A stretch of DNA of 64,000 nt from an uncultured delta proteobacterium. Lineage in GTDB: Bacteria; Myxococcota_A; Polyangia; Polyangiales; Polyangiaceae. The notes under the pieces were generated by a model. It had not been told where the DNA came from and made no database searches. It saw only the letters and a list, made by a program, of their open reading frames with translations. Positions within the stretch are counted from its first letter, which is position 1. Each line of letters opens with the position of its first letter. A program made the translations under genes and the position numbers. The stretch spans positions 3,200,001 to 3,264,000 of the forward strand of contig CAWDXG010000004.1 of the NCBI GenBank assembly GCA_963806225.1. Direction: 5' to 3'. This document shows, piece by piece, positions 1-10,527 of the stretch.

Positions 1-714
1 GAGAACGTACGGGGCCGGCGGCGTGGCGGTGCCGTTCTTGGTGATGGGGCACTTCGGGAGGACCGACAGCTGCATCGCGCCCACGGTACCGCCGGTGCAG
101 GTGCTCGGCGCATACTGGTCGGTCTTGCCGGCCATGATGTCCAGCTTGTCGCCCGGCTTCACGTCGTCGGGGATGGCGTCCGTGCCGGTCTTGCAGGGGC
201 CGGCAGTGCCCGCGTCGGTCGTGACGGCGTTGTCACCGTACGACACGATCATGATGCTCGTGCTTTCACCTTCCGTCGTCTGACCACCGTCGGTCGCGAA
301 GACGGCCCACAGGCAGGAGCCCTTCGTTTTCGACTTGTAGGTCAGGAACTTCTGGCTGGTCGCCACCACGTCTGTCAGCTGGACATACTGCCCGATGCCT
401 ACCTTGCCGGTGTCGATGTCGTTGATGCTCGCGGCTGTGCCGGGAGTGCAGACGCCGGCATCCTTGCCGCCGCTGCCGCCGGTACCCGCCGTGGCCCCGG
501 TGCCGCCCGTGCCGCTACCGCCCGTGCCGGCCGTTGCGCCCGTGCCGCCCGTGCCACCGGTGCCGCTGCCGCCGGTGCCGGCCGTGCCGCCCGTGCCGCT
601 GCCGCCCGTGCCACTGCCACCGGTGCCTCCGCCGCTGCTCGAGCTGCGGCACGCCGCAAAGCCAAAGCCCATCACCACTGCTGTACCCAGCACTGCCAAG
701 CTCTTCATCCTCAT
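1..714 (-). CDS. Gly/Ser-linker lipoprotein, partial (runs off window start)
   Basis: Manual translation MRMKSLAVLGTAVVMGFGFAAC-RSSSSGGGTGGS...; lipobox-like FAAC, GGAGGA RBS; no stop inside the window, so absent from the ORF track. Confidence 0.75.
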   Translation of the reverse strand, partial: MRMKSLAVLGTAVVMGFGFAACRSSSSGGGTGGSGTGGSGTGGTAGTGGSGTGGTGGTGATAGTGGSGTGGTGATAGTGGSGGKDAGVCTPGTAASINDIDTGKVGIGQYVQLTDVVATSQKFLTYKSKTKGSCLWAVFATDGGQTTEGESTSIMIVSYGDNAVTTDAGTAGPCKTGTDAIPDDVKPGDKLDIMAGKTDQYAPSTCTGGTVGAMQLSVLPKCPITKNGTATPPAPYVL

Positions 715-782
715 TGATCTGTCCTCCAGCGCCGGTGGGTCCCGCTCGACGGGCATAAGGGCGCTCTCAAGATTCCGGAAAC

Positions 783-2030
783 CTATGGTGCTTCGACTTT
801 CGGCGGAGCGCCACTCTTGTCGAGACCAAACCCCTCGTGCAACGCGCGCACGGCGAGCTCGGTGTACTTCGAGGCGATGAGGCAGCTTACCTTGATCTCG
901 CTGGTGCTGATCGCCTGGATGTTGATGCCTTCGTCAGCCAGCAGCTTGAACATCTCGCTGGCCACGCCCGCATGCGAGCGCATGCCCAGGCCAACGATGG
1001 AAACCTTCACGATATCCGGGTCATACTCGATCGCTGCGCCGCCGATGTCGCGGGCGCACTGCTCGATCAGGTCCTTGACCCGGGTCAGATCGTTCTTCTG
1101 CACGGTGAACGTCACGTCCGTCGTCGCGCCGCCTTCACGCGATGGACTCTGGATGATCATGTCGACCGAGACGTTCTGCTCGGCCAGCAGGCCGAAGATG
1201 GTCGCGACCACGCCGGGGCGGTCGGGGACGTTGATCATCTGCACCTTGGCTTCGCTCTTGTCGTAGGCGACGCCGGCGACGACGACGGATTCCAGCCCTC
1301 GTTCGCCCACGACCATGGTGCCGGGGCGATCACTGAATGACGATCTCACGTGCACGGGAACTCCGTATTTCATGGCGACCTCGACCGAGCGGATCTGCAG
1401 GACCTTGGCGCCGAGCGAGGCCAGCTCGAGCATCTCTTCGTAGCTGATGCGGTCGATCTTGCGGGCGGACGCACAGATGTTCGGGTCGGTCGTGTAGACG
1501 CCGTCCACATCCGTGTAGATCTCGCAGACATCTGCGCCGATCGCCGCCGCGATGGCGACCGCCGTGGTGTCCGAGCCGCCGCGCCCGAGGGTGGTGATGT
1601 TGCCCTCGTCGTCGACGCCCTGGAAGCCGGCCACGACCGCGACCCGACCGGACTTCACCGTGGACAGCAGCTTCGAGCCCTCGATGGTGCGGATGCGCGC
1701 CTTGGTGAAGGCGCCGTCGGTAGAAACGCGGACCTGGTGGCCGAGCAGGCTCTGCGCCTGGCCACCCAGGGCATGGATGCTCATCGCCGTGAGCGCCGAG
1801 CTCACCTGCTCGCCGGTGGCCGCCAGCGCGTCCAGCTCCCGCATATTCGGCGTCGGCGAAACCTCGTGCGCCATCCCCAGCAAGCGGTTCGTCTCGCCCG
1901 CCATCGCGCTGACGATAACCACCACCTCGTTGCCTTCGCGCTGCGTGCGCAGGGCGCGGTCCGCCACATTGCGCATGCGCTCGAGATTCGCGACGGAAGT
2001 GCCGCCGTATTTCTGGACAACGAGAGCCAC
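783..2030 (-). CDS. lysC: Aspartate kinase
   Basis: [35 protein letters not shown], two C-terminal ACT domains. Confidence 0.97.
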   Translation of the reverse strand: MALVVQKYGGTSVANLERMRNVADRALRTQREGNEVVVIVSAMAGETNRLLGMAHEVSPTPNMRELDALAATGEQVSSALTAMSIHALGGQAQSLLGHQVRVSTDGAFTKARIRTIEGSKLLSTVKSGRVAVVAGFQGVDDEGNITTLGRGGSDTTAVAIAAAIGADVCEIYTDVDGVYTTDPNICASARKIDRISYEEMLELASLGAKVLQIRSVEVAMKYGVPVHVRSSFSDRPGTMVVGERGLESVVVAGVAYDKSEAKVQMINVPDRPGVVATIFGLLAEQNVSVDMIIQSPSREGGATTDVTFTVQKNDLTRVKDLIEQCARDIGGAAIEYDPDIVKVSIVGLGMRSHAGVASEMFKLLADEGINIQAISTSEIKVSCLIASKYTELAVRALHEGFGLDKSGAPPKVEAP

Positions 2031-2497
2031 GGGATGCCTACCACCCGCGGAAGGGCGGAGCGGCGGAAGCTAGCGCCGGGGGTAGAGCGGGTCAACGCGG
2101 GCCGGGCACTGACAGGATTCCTGACGCCAGCCCCCGATAATGCCTACGCGCCGCTGTGCCAGCGCGTTGCAGACCAGCTTCAGCCACTGGTGACGGCTTG
2201 GCATCCGAGCGCGGTAGCTCGGGCGATGGACACCTTGGCGCCTCCCTCGAACGAAGCTGGCGGCGCGGTCGGTGCGGCGGCGGATGTCGCAGGCTTCGCA
2301 GACGCCGTGGGCGCAGACGCTGGAGGCGCGCCGTGCACAGCGGCGACCGCAGACGCTCGCGCCGGGGGGCTCGGCTGCGAGGATCGGCAGTCATTGGGTC
2401 GTGAGAATGACCATGCATGGAAGGGCGTAGCCGGCGAGCATGCCGCGAGCTGCTTACGAGTCCCGCCCGCCCGCGGCCACACCGGGCCACGGACATG

Positions 2498-2545
2498 CGG
2501 CGCAGGCGCGGGGTTCGGCGCAGGCGCGGGGTTCGGCGCAGGCGC
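2498..2545. repeat. 18-bp tandem repeat, about 2.7 copies
   Basis: CGGCGCAGGCGCGGGGTT at 2498 and 2516, partial copy at 2534. Confidence 0.85.
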
Positions 2546-2581
2546 TCCTGGGTTTCCACAAGGGAAGTCATAGGCGCCTGG

Positions 2582-2655
2582 ACGTCCGGATTCCGGACAT
2601 TTCGGTGCCCATGACCGGTCATGGGCACCCGAACGTCCGCTTTCCGGACATTTCG
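2582..2655. repeat. Two 23-bp direct repeats flanking a perfect 26-bp palindrome
   Basis: ACGTCCG(GA/CT)TTCCGGACATTTCG at 2582 and 2633; GGTGCCCATGACCGGTCATGGGCACC at 2604-2629. Confidence 0.9.
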
Positions 2656-2762
2656 AGAGGGATGGGTCTCCACGTGGAAGTCTCATGGCGACATACCCCA
2701 GGTATCCCGCAGATGCGCGGCTAGCACCCCCACGCGCACGCGACGCCAGGCGCGCGCCCCGG

Positions 2763-3935
2763 TGGAGTGCCAGGACATCGCTTGCACCTGGAGTGCCAGG
2801 ACATCGTTGACAGTCGGCCGTGCCCTGGAAGGAACGGCGGACGATGAGTATGAAGCTGGAATTGGTGGAGCGGGCTGGCCGCGGCGAGCCCGTCACGGCT
2901 CTGTGTGCCGGGAGTTCGGTGTCAGCCGCACGACCGCGCACAAGTGGCTGAAGCGGTACAAGGAGCAGGGCCACGACGGCCTCGAGGAGCAGAGTCGGCG
3001 ACCGCGGTCAGCCCCGCTGGCTACCGCCGAGGACATCGTCGTGCCTGTGCTTGAAGCACGCGACGCGCACCCTCGCTGGGGGCCCGAGACACTGCGGCTC
3101 TTCCTCCAGCGGCGTTTCAAGGACCAGACGCCGTCGCGGCGGACCATCGCGCGGATCATCAAGCGCGCGGGACGCGTCCGGGCGCGGAAGAAGCGCCGGC
3201 CGCCCAGCGTGGTCGAGCAGGCACCCATGGTGAGTGCCAAAGAGCCCAACGACGTGTGGACCGTCGACTTCAAGGGCTGGTGGCGCGCGGTCAACGGCCA
3301 GCGCTGCGAGCCGTTGACGGTTCGCGACGCGCATAGCCGCTTCGTCTTGGCGTGCCGGCTGTGCAAAGCCTCCACCATCGAGGTCCGCACGGAGTCCGAG
3401 CGGCTCGCCCATGAACGCGTCCATCGCGATATCGCCGAGGACGTGCAGGCCTACCCCGCCGCAGACGGCAAGGCCCAACAGCGCGCTCTCGATCGCTGGC
3501 GGCAGGAGTTCAACCACGTCCGGCCCCGCCAGGCCCTCGCCGGAAAGACGCCCGGCGAGGTGTACACCCCGTCGGAACGACGTGGACTACGTCCCATCGT
3601 CCCGAGCTATCCGCCACACTTCCACCCGCTCGTGGTCCAGAAGAACGGTTGCCTCTACTGGCGAGGCGAGACGTACTTCCTCAGCGAGTCGCTTTCGGGA
3701 CACCATGTTGCCCTCGAGCTACTCGACGGCCTACGCGCGCATGTGTGGTTCTATCAGCTCCGCGTGGCCACGATGGAGCTCCTGCCTGACTTGCCAGAGG
3801 CCATCTATGTCAAAAAGGCGTAGCCGGAAGGCGAAAAGGAACAGTCGGATGAACACCCCCAAGACCACAACGAGGGCGCGCACTGTCAACCCCTGACCCC
3901 TAACCAAAGTGCAAGCGATGTCTTGTCCTGCACCA
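2763..3935 (+). mobile_element. Degraded IS481-family insertion sequence
   Basis: Left end has TGGAGTGCCAGGACATCG twice (2763, 2789). Right end GTGCAAGCGATGTC at 3909 is the reverse complement of part of the left end; TGTCAAC at 3884 mirrors GTTGACA at 2806. Encloses a transposase. Confidence 0.8.
2820..3823 (+). pseudogene. IS481-family transposase pseudogene
   Basis: GTG start gives MPWKE...; frameshift near 2904 before CREFGVSRTTAHKWLKRY (HTH); WTVDFKG retained, but the DNG-containing catalytic segment appears deleted. Confidence 0.8.
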
Positions 3936-3944
3936 CGGCCGAAT

Positions 3945-4087
<143 letters not shown>

Positions 4088-4221
4088 CCAGCGACGCGCC
4101 AAGCCGGCGGTGTAGGGCCGGCTCTGCGGGCGCAGCGGCTGCCAGGACCCACCAGCCCCCCTCATACGCGCCTGGCGTTTCCGGTTCGGGGGCGGACACA
4201 AACCATGTACCCTCCCGCGCC

Positions 4222-4566
4222 GTGACGCCGTTGGGCAGCTACGTCGTCGAGACGCTCGTCACGCTGGTGGGGGTGATCGCCCTGGCGGTGCTGGTGCTGT
4301 ATGGCGCGCGGCGCGCGGGCATGGGGCGCGCGGGCGGTCCGCTGGAGATGGTCGGGCGGCTGCCGCTCGACGCGCGGCGCGCGGTGTATCTCGTGCGGGT
4401 GGGACGCACCGTGTTCGTGATCGGCGCCAGCGAGGCCGGCTTGAACAAGCTTGGCGAGATCGACGACGAGGGGCTCGAGCTGGGATCCGGACCGCCACCG
4501 GGTGGGTCGTTCGGCGAGGCGCTCGGGCGCGTGCTCGGAAGAAAGCCGCCGAAGGACGGAACGTGA
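4222..4566 (+). CDS. fliO: FliO-like export apparatus chaperone
   Basis: N-terminal TM helix then RLPLDARRAVYLVRVG..VFVIGASEAGL; GTGA overlap with fliP. Confidence 0.8.
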   Translation: MTPLGSYVVETLVTLVGVIALAVLVLYGARRAGMGRAGGPLEMVGRLPLDARRAVYLVRVGRTVFVIGASEAGLNKLGEIDDEGLELGSGPPPGGSFGEALGRVLGRKPPKDGT

Positions 4567-5330
4567 CGCGCCCGGGATTCCGCCGCATCGCGGCCGCTGG
4601 CACGCTGCTCCTCTTGTCGAGTCCGGGCCTGGCGCTGGCGCAGCCCAATCCCATCACGAAGCCGGACGACCTCCTGACGCGCCCGATCGCGCTGGTGGTG
4701 GCGCTGGCGCTGGTGTCGATCCTGCCGTTCGCGTTCATGACGGTGACGGCCTTCGTGAAGATCTCGACCGTGCTGCAGATCGTGCGCGGCGCGATCGGCG
4801 CGCAGAACGTCCCGTCGAACACCGTGATCATGGCGCTGGCCGGCGCGCTCACGCTGCTCGCCATGGCGCCCGTAGGATCGCGCATCGCCGCCCGCGCCGC
4901 GCCGCTGTTCAAGCAAGGCAAGGCGAACGACACCAGCGCGCTGGTGAGCGGCCTCATCACGGCCACGCGCGAACCGATGCGCGCCTTCCTCAAGGCGAAC
5001 TCGTCCGAGCGCGAGCACGAGCGCTTCTACCAGATCGCCCGCGCCGCGCGCCCCAAGGCGGAGCGCGCCAAGGTGGGCCGCGACGACCTGGTGATCGTGA
5101 TCCCGTCCTTCGTGGTGACAGAGCTGCTGGAGGCGTTCGCCATCGGCTTCGCGCTGTACCTGCCGTTCCTGGTCATCGATCTGGTGGTGTCGAATGTGCT
5201 GCTGGCGCTCGGCATGCAGATGATGAACCCGACCCAGGTGAGCCTGCCGTTCAAGCTGCTCCTGTTCGTGGCGATCGACGGCTGGGGGCTGCTCGCCCAG
5301 GCACTGGTGACCGGCTATAGACCGGGCTAG
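4563..5330 (+). CDS. fliP: Type III export gate protein FliP/SctR
   Basis: TAFVKISTVL, QNVPSN, ELLEAFAIGF, LGMQMMNPTQVSLPFKLLLFVAIDGW. Confidence 0.93.
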   Translation: MTRPGFRRIAAAGTLLLLSSPGLALAQPNPITKPDDLLTRPIALVVALALVSILPFAFMTVTAFVKISTVLQIVRGAIGAQNVPSNTVIMALAGALTLLAMAPVGSRIAARAAPLFKQGKANDTSALVSGLITATREPMRAFLKANSSEREHERFYQIARAARPKAERAKVGRDDLVIVIPSFVVTELLEAFAIGFALYLPFLVIDLVVSNVLLALGMQMMNPTQVSLPFKLLLFVAIDGWGLLAQALVTGYRPG

Positions 5331-5498
5331 GCACGCTGTCCGCAGTACGCACGCCACCGATGACGCGGTGCGTTAAATGGCTGATTTCAAAGGCCGGGAA
5401 AGCAAAGGTCGCGCCTTCCTGGAATACCTCGCGATCCTGGTGGTTTTCCGGCTGCCAGCACAGCCCTGGCCCAGTGCCGGCTCGTCGCTGGGCTCGAG

Positions 5499-5526
5499 TT
5501 GACACGGATCGCGCCATCGCTAGGAT
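5499..5526 (+). promoter_or_regulatory. Candidate sigma70 promoter for the ABC operon
   Basis: TTGACA-N16-TAGGAT, about 85 bp upstream of the ATPase start. Confidence 0.5.
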
Positions 5527-5610
5527 GCCGCGGCCCGATTGCCCCCCCCACTGAACTGACAGGCTTCGGGCACTGCAGCAGGGGAACCCTAACTCCTGGA
5601 TGGAGATCGG

Positions 5611-6759
5611 ATGACAACCGACGTCATGATCAATGCGAGCTCGCTCACCAAGCGGTTTGGGCCGGTTCGCGCGCTCGACAAGGTGAGCTTCGAGGTCCAC
5701 CGCGGCGAGGTCGTGGGCTTCCTGGGGCCGAACGGCGCCGGGAAGTCGACCACCATGCGCATCCTCACGTGCTTCATCTCCCCCAGCTCGGGGGGGGCCA
5801 AGGTGCACGGCCACGACGTGTTCGACGAGCCCCTCGAGGTGCGCCGCTCGCTCGGCTACCTGCCGCAGCGCGCGCCGCTCTACACGGATATGCGCGTGTG
5901 GGACTACCTGGAGTTCGCCGCGAAAATCCGCGGTCTCGACAGCTCCGCCTTCCGCAGCCGGCTGAAGAAGGTGGTGGAGGTGTGCGGCCTGGCCCAGGTG
6001 CTCGGCAAGGACATCGGGACCCTCTCGCACGGCTACCGCCAGCGCGTGGGCCTGGGCCAAGCGCTGATCCACGACCCGCCGATCCTGATCCTGGACGAGC
6101 CGACGAGCGACCTCGATCCGAACGAGAAGGCGGAGGTGCTCCGCTACATCAAGGAGATCGGCAAGGACCGCACGGTGCTCTTGTCCACGCACAACCTGGC
6201 CGAGGTCGAGGAGGCGTGCGCGCGGGCCATCATCGTCAGCAAGGGCCGCGTCGTCGCCGACGGGCCGCTGGACGAGATCCGCGCCCGCACCGGCCGCGTC
6301 CGCTACGTCATCAGCATCGACGAGAAGAAGGCGGAGGCCGGCAACAAGCCGCCTTCGGCCACGGATGTGCAGGACGCGCTGGAGCGGCTCGACGGTGCCT
6401 CGCGCATCAAGGAGCTGCCCACGGACGAGAAGGCGCACAAGTTCGAGCTGAGCGGTGACCAGGACGGCGACCTGCGCGCCGAGCTGTACCGGCTGATGGT
6501 GGCGCGCAACTGGACGCTGCTCGAGCTCCGGCGCGACGCCCAGACCCTCGACGCGGTCTTCCGCGACCTCACCCGCGGCGACGAACGGCTCGATCGCGGC
6601 GAAGAGTGGGAGGACGAAGACGAGGACGACGAGGAATACGAGGACGAAGAGGACGAGGAAACCGAGGACGAAGCCCCCGACAGCGGCGAGGCGTCCGAGG
6701 ACGACGAAGACGAAGACGAGGACGAAGACGAGGACGAGAAGTCCGACCGGAGTGCTTGA
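5611..6759 (+). CDS. ABC transporter ATP-binding protein (GldA-like) with acidic tail
   Basis: GPNGAGKS, LSHGYRQRV, ILILDEPT; D/E-rich C-terminus. Confidence 0.92.
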   Translation: MTTDVMINASSLTKRFGPVRALDKVSFEVHRGEVVGFLGPNGAGKSTTMRILTCFISPSSGGAKVHGHDVFDEPLEVRRSLGYLPQRAPLYTDMRVWDYLEFAAKIRGLDSSAFRSRLKKVVEVCGLAQVLGKDIGTLSHGYRQRVGLGQALIHDPPILILDEPTSDLDPNEKAEVLRYIKEIGKDRTVLLSTHNLAEVEEACARAIIVSKGRVVADGPLDEIRARTGRVRYVISIDEKKAEAGNKPPSATDVQDALERLDGASRIKELPTDEKAHKFELSGDQDGDLRAELYRLMVARNWTLLELRRDAQTLDAVFRDLTRGDERLDRGEEWEDEDEDDEEYEDEEDEETEDEAPDSGEASEDDEDEDEDEDEDEKSDRSA

Positions 6760-6762
6760 TCC

Positions 6763-7497
6763 ATGCCCCCGATGCTGACGATTGCGAAACGCGAGTTCCG
6801 CTCCTATTTCGAGTCGCCGTTGGCCTACGTGGTCATCTGCGTGAGCTTCCTCGCGCTGGGCGGTTTCTTCTTCATGTACCGCGGCGGCTTCTGGCAGGTC
6901 GACCGCGCCACGCTGCAGAACATGTTCGAGTACGTGCCCTGGGGGCTGTCCGTGCTCGTCATTCCGGTCGTGACGATGCGGCTACTGGCCGAGGAAAAGC
7001 GCGCCGGTACGCTGGAGATGCTGATCACGCTGCCGGTCAAGGACAGCGACGTGATCCTGGGCAAGTACTTCGGCGCGCTCGGACTGGTGCTGGTGCTGGT
7101 CCTCGCGACGCTGGTCTACCCACTGGTGATGTTCAAATGGCCGTGGGACCTCGGACCGCTCGATATGGGACCGGTGCTCAGCGGCTATCTGGGCCTGATC
7201 CTGTTCAGCGCGGCAGCGACGGCCATCGGCCTCCTGATCAGCGCGCTGACCGATAGCCAGGCTATCGCGTTCTTCATCACGTTCTTCGTACTGCTCGGGC
7301 TGTGGCTGATCGGCTCGTTCGCCGGCACGATGAGCGGCTGGTACGGCGACGTGCTCGCGTATGTGAGCTTCCAGTCGAGGCTGGAGGGCTTCACCCGCGG
7401 ACTCATCGACACCCGCGCCGTCATCTATTTCCTCTCGGTCACCGGGCTGGCGCTCGTTGTGGCATTCAGGGCGCTCGAGCGCCGCAAGTGGGCATAA
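6763..7497 (+). CDS. ABC-2 permease (GldF-like)
   Basis: REFRSYFESPLAYV, TMRLLAEEKRAGTLEMLITLP, multiple TM helices. Confidence 0.9.
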   Translation: MPPMLTIAKREFRSYFESPLAYVVICVSFLALGGFFFMYRGGFWQVDRATLQNMFEYVPWGLSVLVIPVVTMRLLAEEKRAGTLEMLITLPVKDSDVILGKYFGALGLVLVLVLATLVYPLVMFKWPWDLGPLDMGPVLSGYLGLILFSAAATAIGLLISALTDSQAIAFFITFFVLLGLWLIGSFAGTMSGWYGDVLAYVSFQSRLEGFTRGLIDTRAVIYFLSVTGLALVVAFRALERRKWA

Positions 7498-7499
7498 GC

Positions 7500-9347
7500 A
7501 TGGCAAGCCAGGACAAGAAGCGGAAGGCAGCTGCACAGACCGGGATCTACCTGGTGGTGATCGCGGCGATCATGGCGATCGCCAACCTGCTGGCGGCGGG
7601 CGTCTACGACCGCATCGACGTCACGAAGAACGAGCGATACACGCTGAGCAAGGGCAGCGCACAGTTGCTGTCCACGCTCAAGGGCCCGATCCAGGTCGAC
7701 GCCTACGTCACCAAGGGGCTGGCCAAGCTCGACGCCTTCACCCGCGACCTGACGGATCTACTCAAGGAGTATCGGCGGGCCGGAAAGGGCAAGTTCAAGT
7801 TCACCATCATCGAGGCGAAGACCGACGAGCTCAGGAAGAAGGCCAAGGATGCCGGGCTGAAGCCGACGGCGTTCGGCGAAGCCAGCGCTACCGGCGAGGA
7901 CCAGGCGCAGATCGCGCAGGGCTACATGGGCCTCGTGTTCAAGTACGGCAGCGAGAAGACGGTCATCCCGCAGCTCGCGCCGGGACGCTCGGAAGGGCTC
8001 GAGTTCTGGATCACGAACAAGATCCGCGAGGTCCGCGACAAGTCGGACAACATCAAGCACCGCATCGGCGTCATCACGGGCAAGGACGAGCTCAAGCTCT
8101 CCGACCAGAACCTCGTGCCCAAGCAGGGGCGGCAGGGCTCGCCGAGCATCAAGTCGATCCTCGAGCAGGCGTTCCCCTTCTACAAGATCGAGACGGTCGA
8201 TCTGAAGGGCGGCGACGCCGCGATCGACAAGGACCTCGACGGCATCATCATCACGCAGCCGCAGAAGGACTACACCGAGAAGGAGCTGCGGCGTGTCGAC
8301 CAGTTCCTGATGCTGGGCGGCAAGTCGCTGGCGGTGTTCGCCTCCGCGGTGACGCTCAAGCCGAGCGACGCGACCATGAACGCCACGCTGGACCTGCACG
8401 GGCTGGACAAGCTCATCGCGGGCTACGGCATCGACATGAAGAAGGACGCCGTTCTCGACTACGGCGCCCAGTTCCGGCTGCCCGTGATGACGCAGACCGG
8501 CGCGGTGCAGTCGATCCGGGATCCCGGCATCATCCACGTGGTCAACGACCCGCGTCTCGAGAAGAAGGACGAGCTGCTCGACAACAGCTTCCCCGCCTTC
8601 TTCCGCATGGACGAGATCGCCTTCCCGTTCCCGTCGAGCCTGGAGCTGCTCAAGGACAAGCAGCCGAAGGACGTGAAGATCTTCGCTGTCGCCCGGACCA
8701 CGCCGGCGGCCGGCACGCTGACGGGCTCCAGTGTCGACATGAAGCTGAAGACGGACTGGCCGCCCAAGCCGCCGTACAAGCAGCACATCATCGCGGCGGT
8801 CGCCGAGGGCAAGCTGAAGAGCGCCTTCGCGGGCAAGAAGGACAAGGACATCAAGGTCCCCGGGGTCGCGGCCAAGCCCTCGCGCGTGCTGGTCGTGTCT
8901 TCGAGCCTGTTCTTGACGAACCCGTTCGCCTACGCGGGCAACGGTCCCCAGCTCGGCGGCCAGTTCGCGATGATGGGCGCAATCGGTGGCGACCCGCAGC
9001 TGCAGATGTTCGCCGGTCCCTATGCGCAGCGCTATCTCACCAACACGATCCTGTCGGTCAAGAACACGCTCGACTGGATGAGCGGCGACACCGACCTGTT
9101 GGCGGCCAGCGCCAAGATCCTGGGTGAGCCGAACCTGACCTACGCCAGCATCCAGAAGCCGAAGATCGCTGCCGAGGACGACGAGGCGGCGATCAAGAAG
9201 AAGGACGAGCAGTACAGAAAGCGCCAGAGCACCGTGCAGCGTCAGGTGCAGTGGTCGCTCACGCTTGGCGTGCCGCTGTTCTTCGCCCTGTTCGGCTTCT
9301 TCCGCTGGCGCATGCGCGACTCGAAAAAAGACCAGTACAAGGTTTGA
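7500..9347 (+). CDS. GldG-like ABC auxiliary component
   Basis: RIDVTKNERYTLS after an N-terminal TM helix; C-terminal TM; start MASQDKK 2 bp after the permease stop. Confidence 0.85.
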   Translation: MASQDKKRKAAAQTGIYLVVIAAIMAIANLLAAGVYDRIDVTKNERYTLSKGSAQLLSTLKGPIQVDAYVTKGLAKLDAFTRDLTDLLKEYRRAGKGKFKFTIIEAKTDELRKKAKDAGLKPTAFGEASATGEDQAQIAQGYMGLVFKYGSEKTVIPQLAPGRSEGLEFWITNKIREVRDKSDNIKHRIGVITGKDELKLSDQNLVPKQGRQGSPSIKSILEQAFPFYKIETVDLKGGDAAIDKDLDGIIITQPQKDYTEKELRRVDQFLMLGGKSLAVFASAVTLKPSDATMNATLDLHGLDKLIAGYGIDMKKDAVLDYGAQFRLPVMTQTGAVQSIRDPGIIHVVNDPRLEKKDELLDNSFPAFFRMDEIAFPFPSSLELLKDKQPKDVKIFAVARTTPAAGTLTGSSVDMKLKTDWPPKPPYKQHIIAAVAEGKLKSAFAGKKDKDIKVPGVAAKPSRVLVVSSSLFLTNPFAYAGNGPQLGGQFAMMGAIGGDPQLQMFAGPYAQRYLTNTILSVKNTLDWMSGDTDLLAASAKILGEPNLTYASIQKPKIAAEDDEAAIKKKDEQYRKRQSTVQRQVQWSLTLGVPLFFALFGFFRWRMRDSKKDQYKV

Positions 9348-9359
9348 GAGACCAAGCTC

Positions 9360-10457
9360 ATGGCCCTTAGCACCGACAAGAAGCTCTACATCGCCGTTGG
9401 CGTCCTCGTGGTACTCGGCGGAGCCCTCTACTTCCAGAAGAAGCAGGCAAAGGAAGAGGCCGCTACCTATTCCCTCGCAGGGCGCGAGAAGGAGCTGCCG
9501 AAGCTCGACATCAAGGATGCCGACATCAAGAACGTCGACACCATCACGATCACCCAGCCGCCCGGCGACGCCGGCAAGCCGGCCCAGGTCGTCCTGAAGA
9601 AGAACGGCAAGACCTGGGAGCTGGAGAAGCCTGTCAGTGCCAAGGCCAACCAGTCCAACATCAAGTCGCTGCTCGACAACGTGAAGGACCTCAAGGTGAG
9701 CGAGGTCATCGACGACTCCGCGAAGTCGTACGACAAGTTCAGCGTCTCCGACAAAAAGGCGCTGCACCTGGTACTGGAAGCCGGCAAGAAGAAGGTCGCC
9801 GACCTGTACTTCGGCGAGAGCGGCTCCCGCGGCGAGATGACCCGCATCGCCGGCAAGGACGGCGTGTACGCGGTGCAGGGCTACTCGAGCTTCATGTATT
9901 CACGCGACACGAAGGGTTGGCGCGACCTGACCATCTTCAAGTTCGACGACAAGAAGGCGAAGGACATCGAGGTCGAGAACGAGAACGGCACCTTCACCTT
10001 CGCGAAGAAGGACGACAAGTGGACCGGCAAGTTCAAGAAGGCCAGCGGCGCCGACAAGAAGATCGGCAAGCTCGACCCTGACAAGTTCGACCCCGACAAG
10101 GTGGGCGACATGCTGCGCGCCTACAAGGCGCTCAACGCCGACGGCTTCGGCGGCGACAAGAAGCCAGGCGACGTGGGCCTGACGGAGCCCAAGGCGACCG
10201 TCACCATCACGCTCGCCGACGGCGGCAAGAGAGTGCTCCTGGTGGGCGACAAGGCCGAGGGCTCGAGCCACTGGGCGAAGAAGCCCGACGAGGCCCAGAT
10301 CTACAGCATTTCGAGCTGGGCGGCGGACTGGGCCACGGCCGCGCCGAAGAAGTTCCAGAAGGGCAACGACGACAAGTCGAAGGGGCCGCCGGGCGGCGGC
10401 ATGCCGCACGGCATGCCGGGCATGCCCGGCATGATGCCGCACGGCATGCCGCACTGA
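9360..10457 (+). CDS. DUF4340-like protein with Met/His-rich tail
   Basis: N-terminal anchor, two similar halves, typical position after GldG; ends GMPHGMPGMPGMMPHGMPH. Confidence 0.75.
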   Translation: MALSTDKKLYIAVGVLVVLGGALYFQKKQAKEEAATYSLAGREKELPKLDIKDADIKNVDTITITQPPGDAGKPAQVVLKKNGKTWELEKPVSAKANQSNIKSLLDNVKDLKVSEVIDDSAKSYDKFSVSDKKALHLVLEAGKKKVADLYFGESGSRGEMTRIAGKDGVYAVQGYSSFMYSRDTKGWRDLTIFKFDDKKAKDIEVENENGTFTFAKKDDKWTGKFKKASGADKKIGKLDPDKFDPDKVGDMLRAYKALNADGFGGDKKPGDVGLTEPKATVTITLADGGKRVLLVGDKAEGSSHWAKKPDEAQIYSISSWAADWATAAPKKFQKGNDDKSKGPPGGGMPHGMPGMPGMMPHGMPH

Positions 10458-10527
10458 CCCGACGCGCTTTCCGAGCCCGTGCCCCGGCTGCGCGCCCGGC
10501 CGGGGGCGTGCTATTAGGCGGCGTCTC

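Noticed and set aside
2092..2760. Protein-coding gene between lysC and the IS
   Set aside because: No frame gives a recognisable or convincingly protein-like sequence
2582..2812. Mini CRISPR array
   Set aside because: Only two copies of each repeat; one spacer is a palindrome and the other pair forms the IS end
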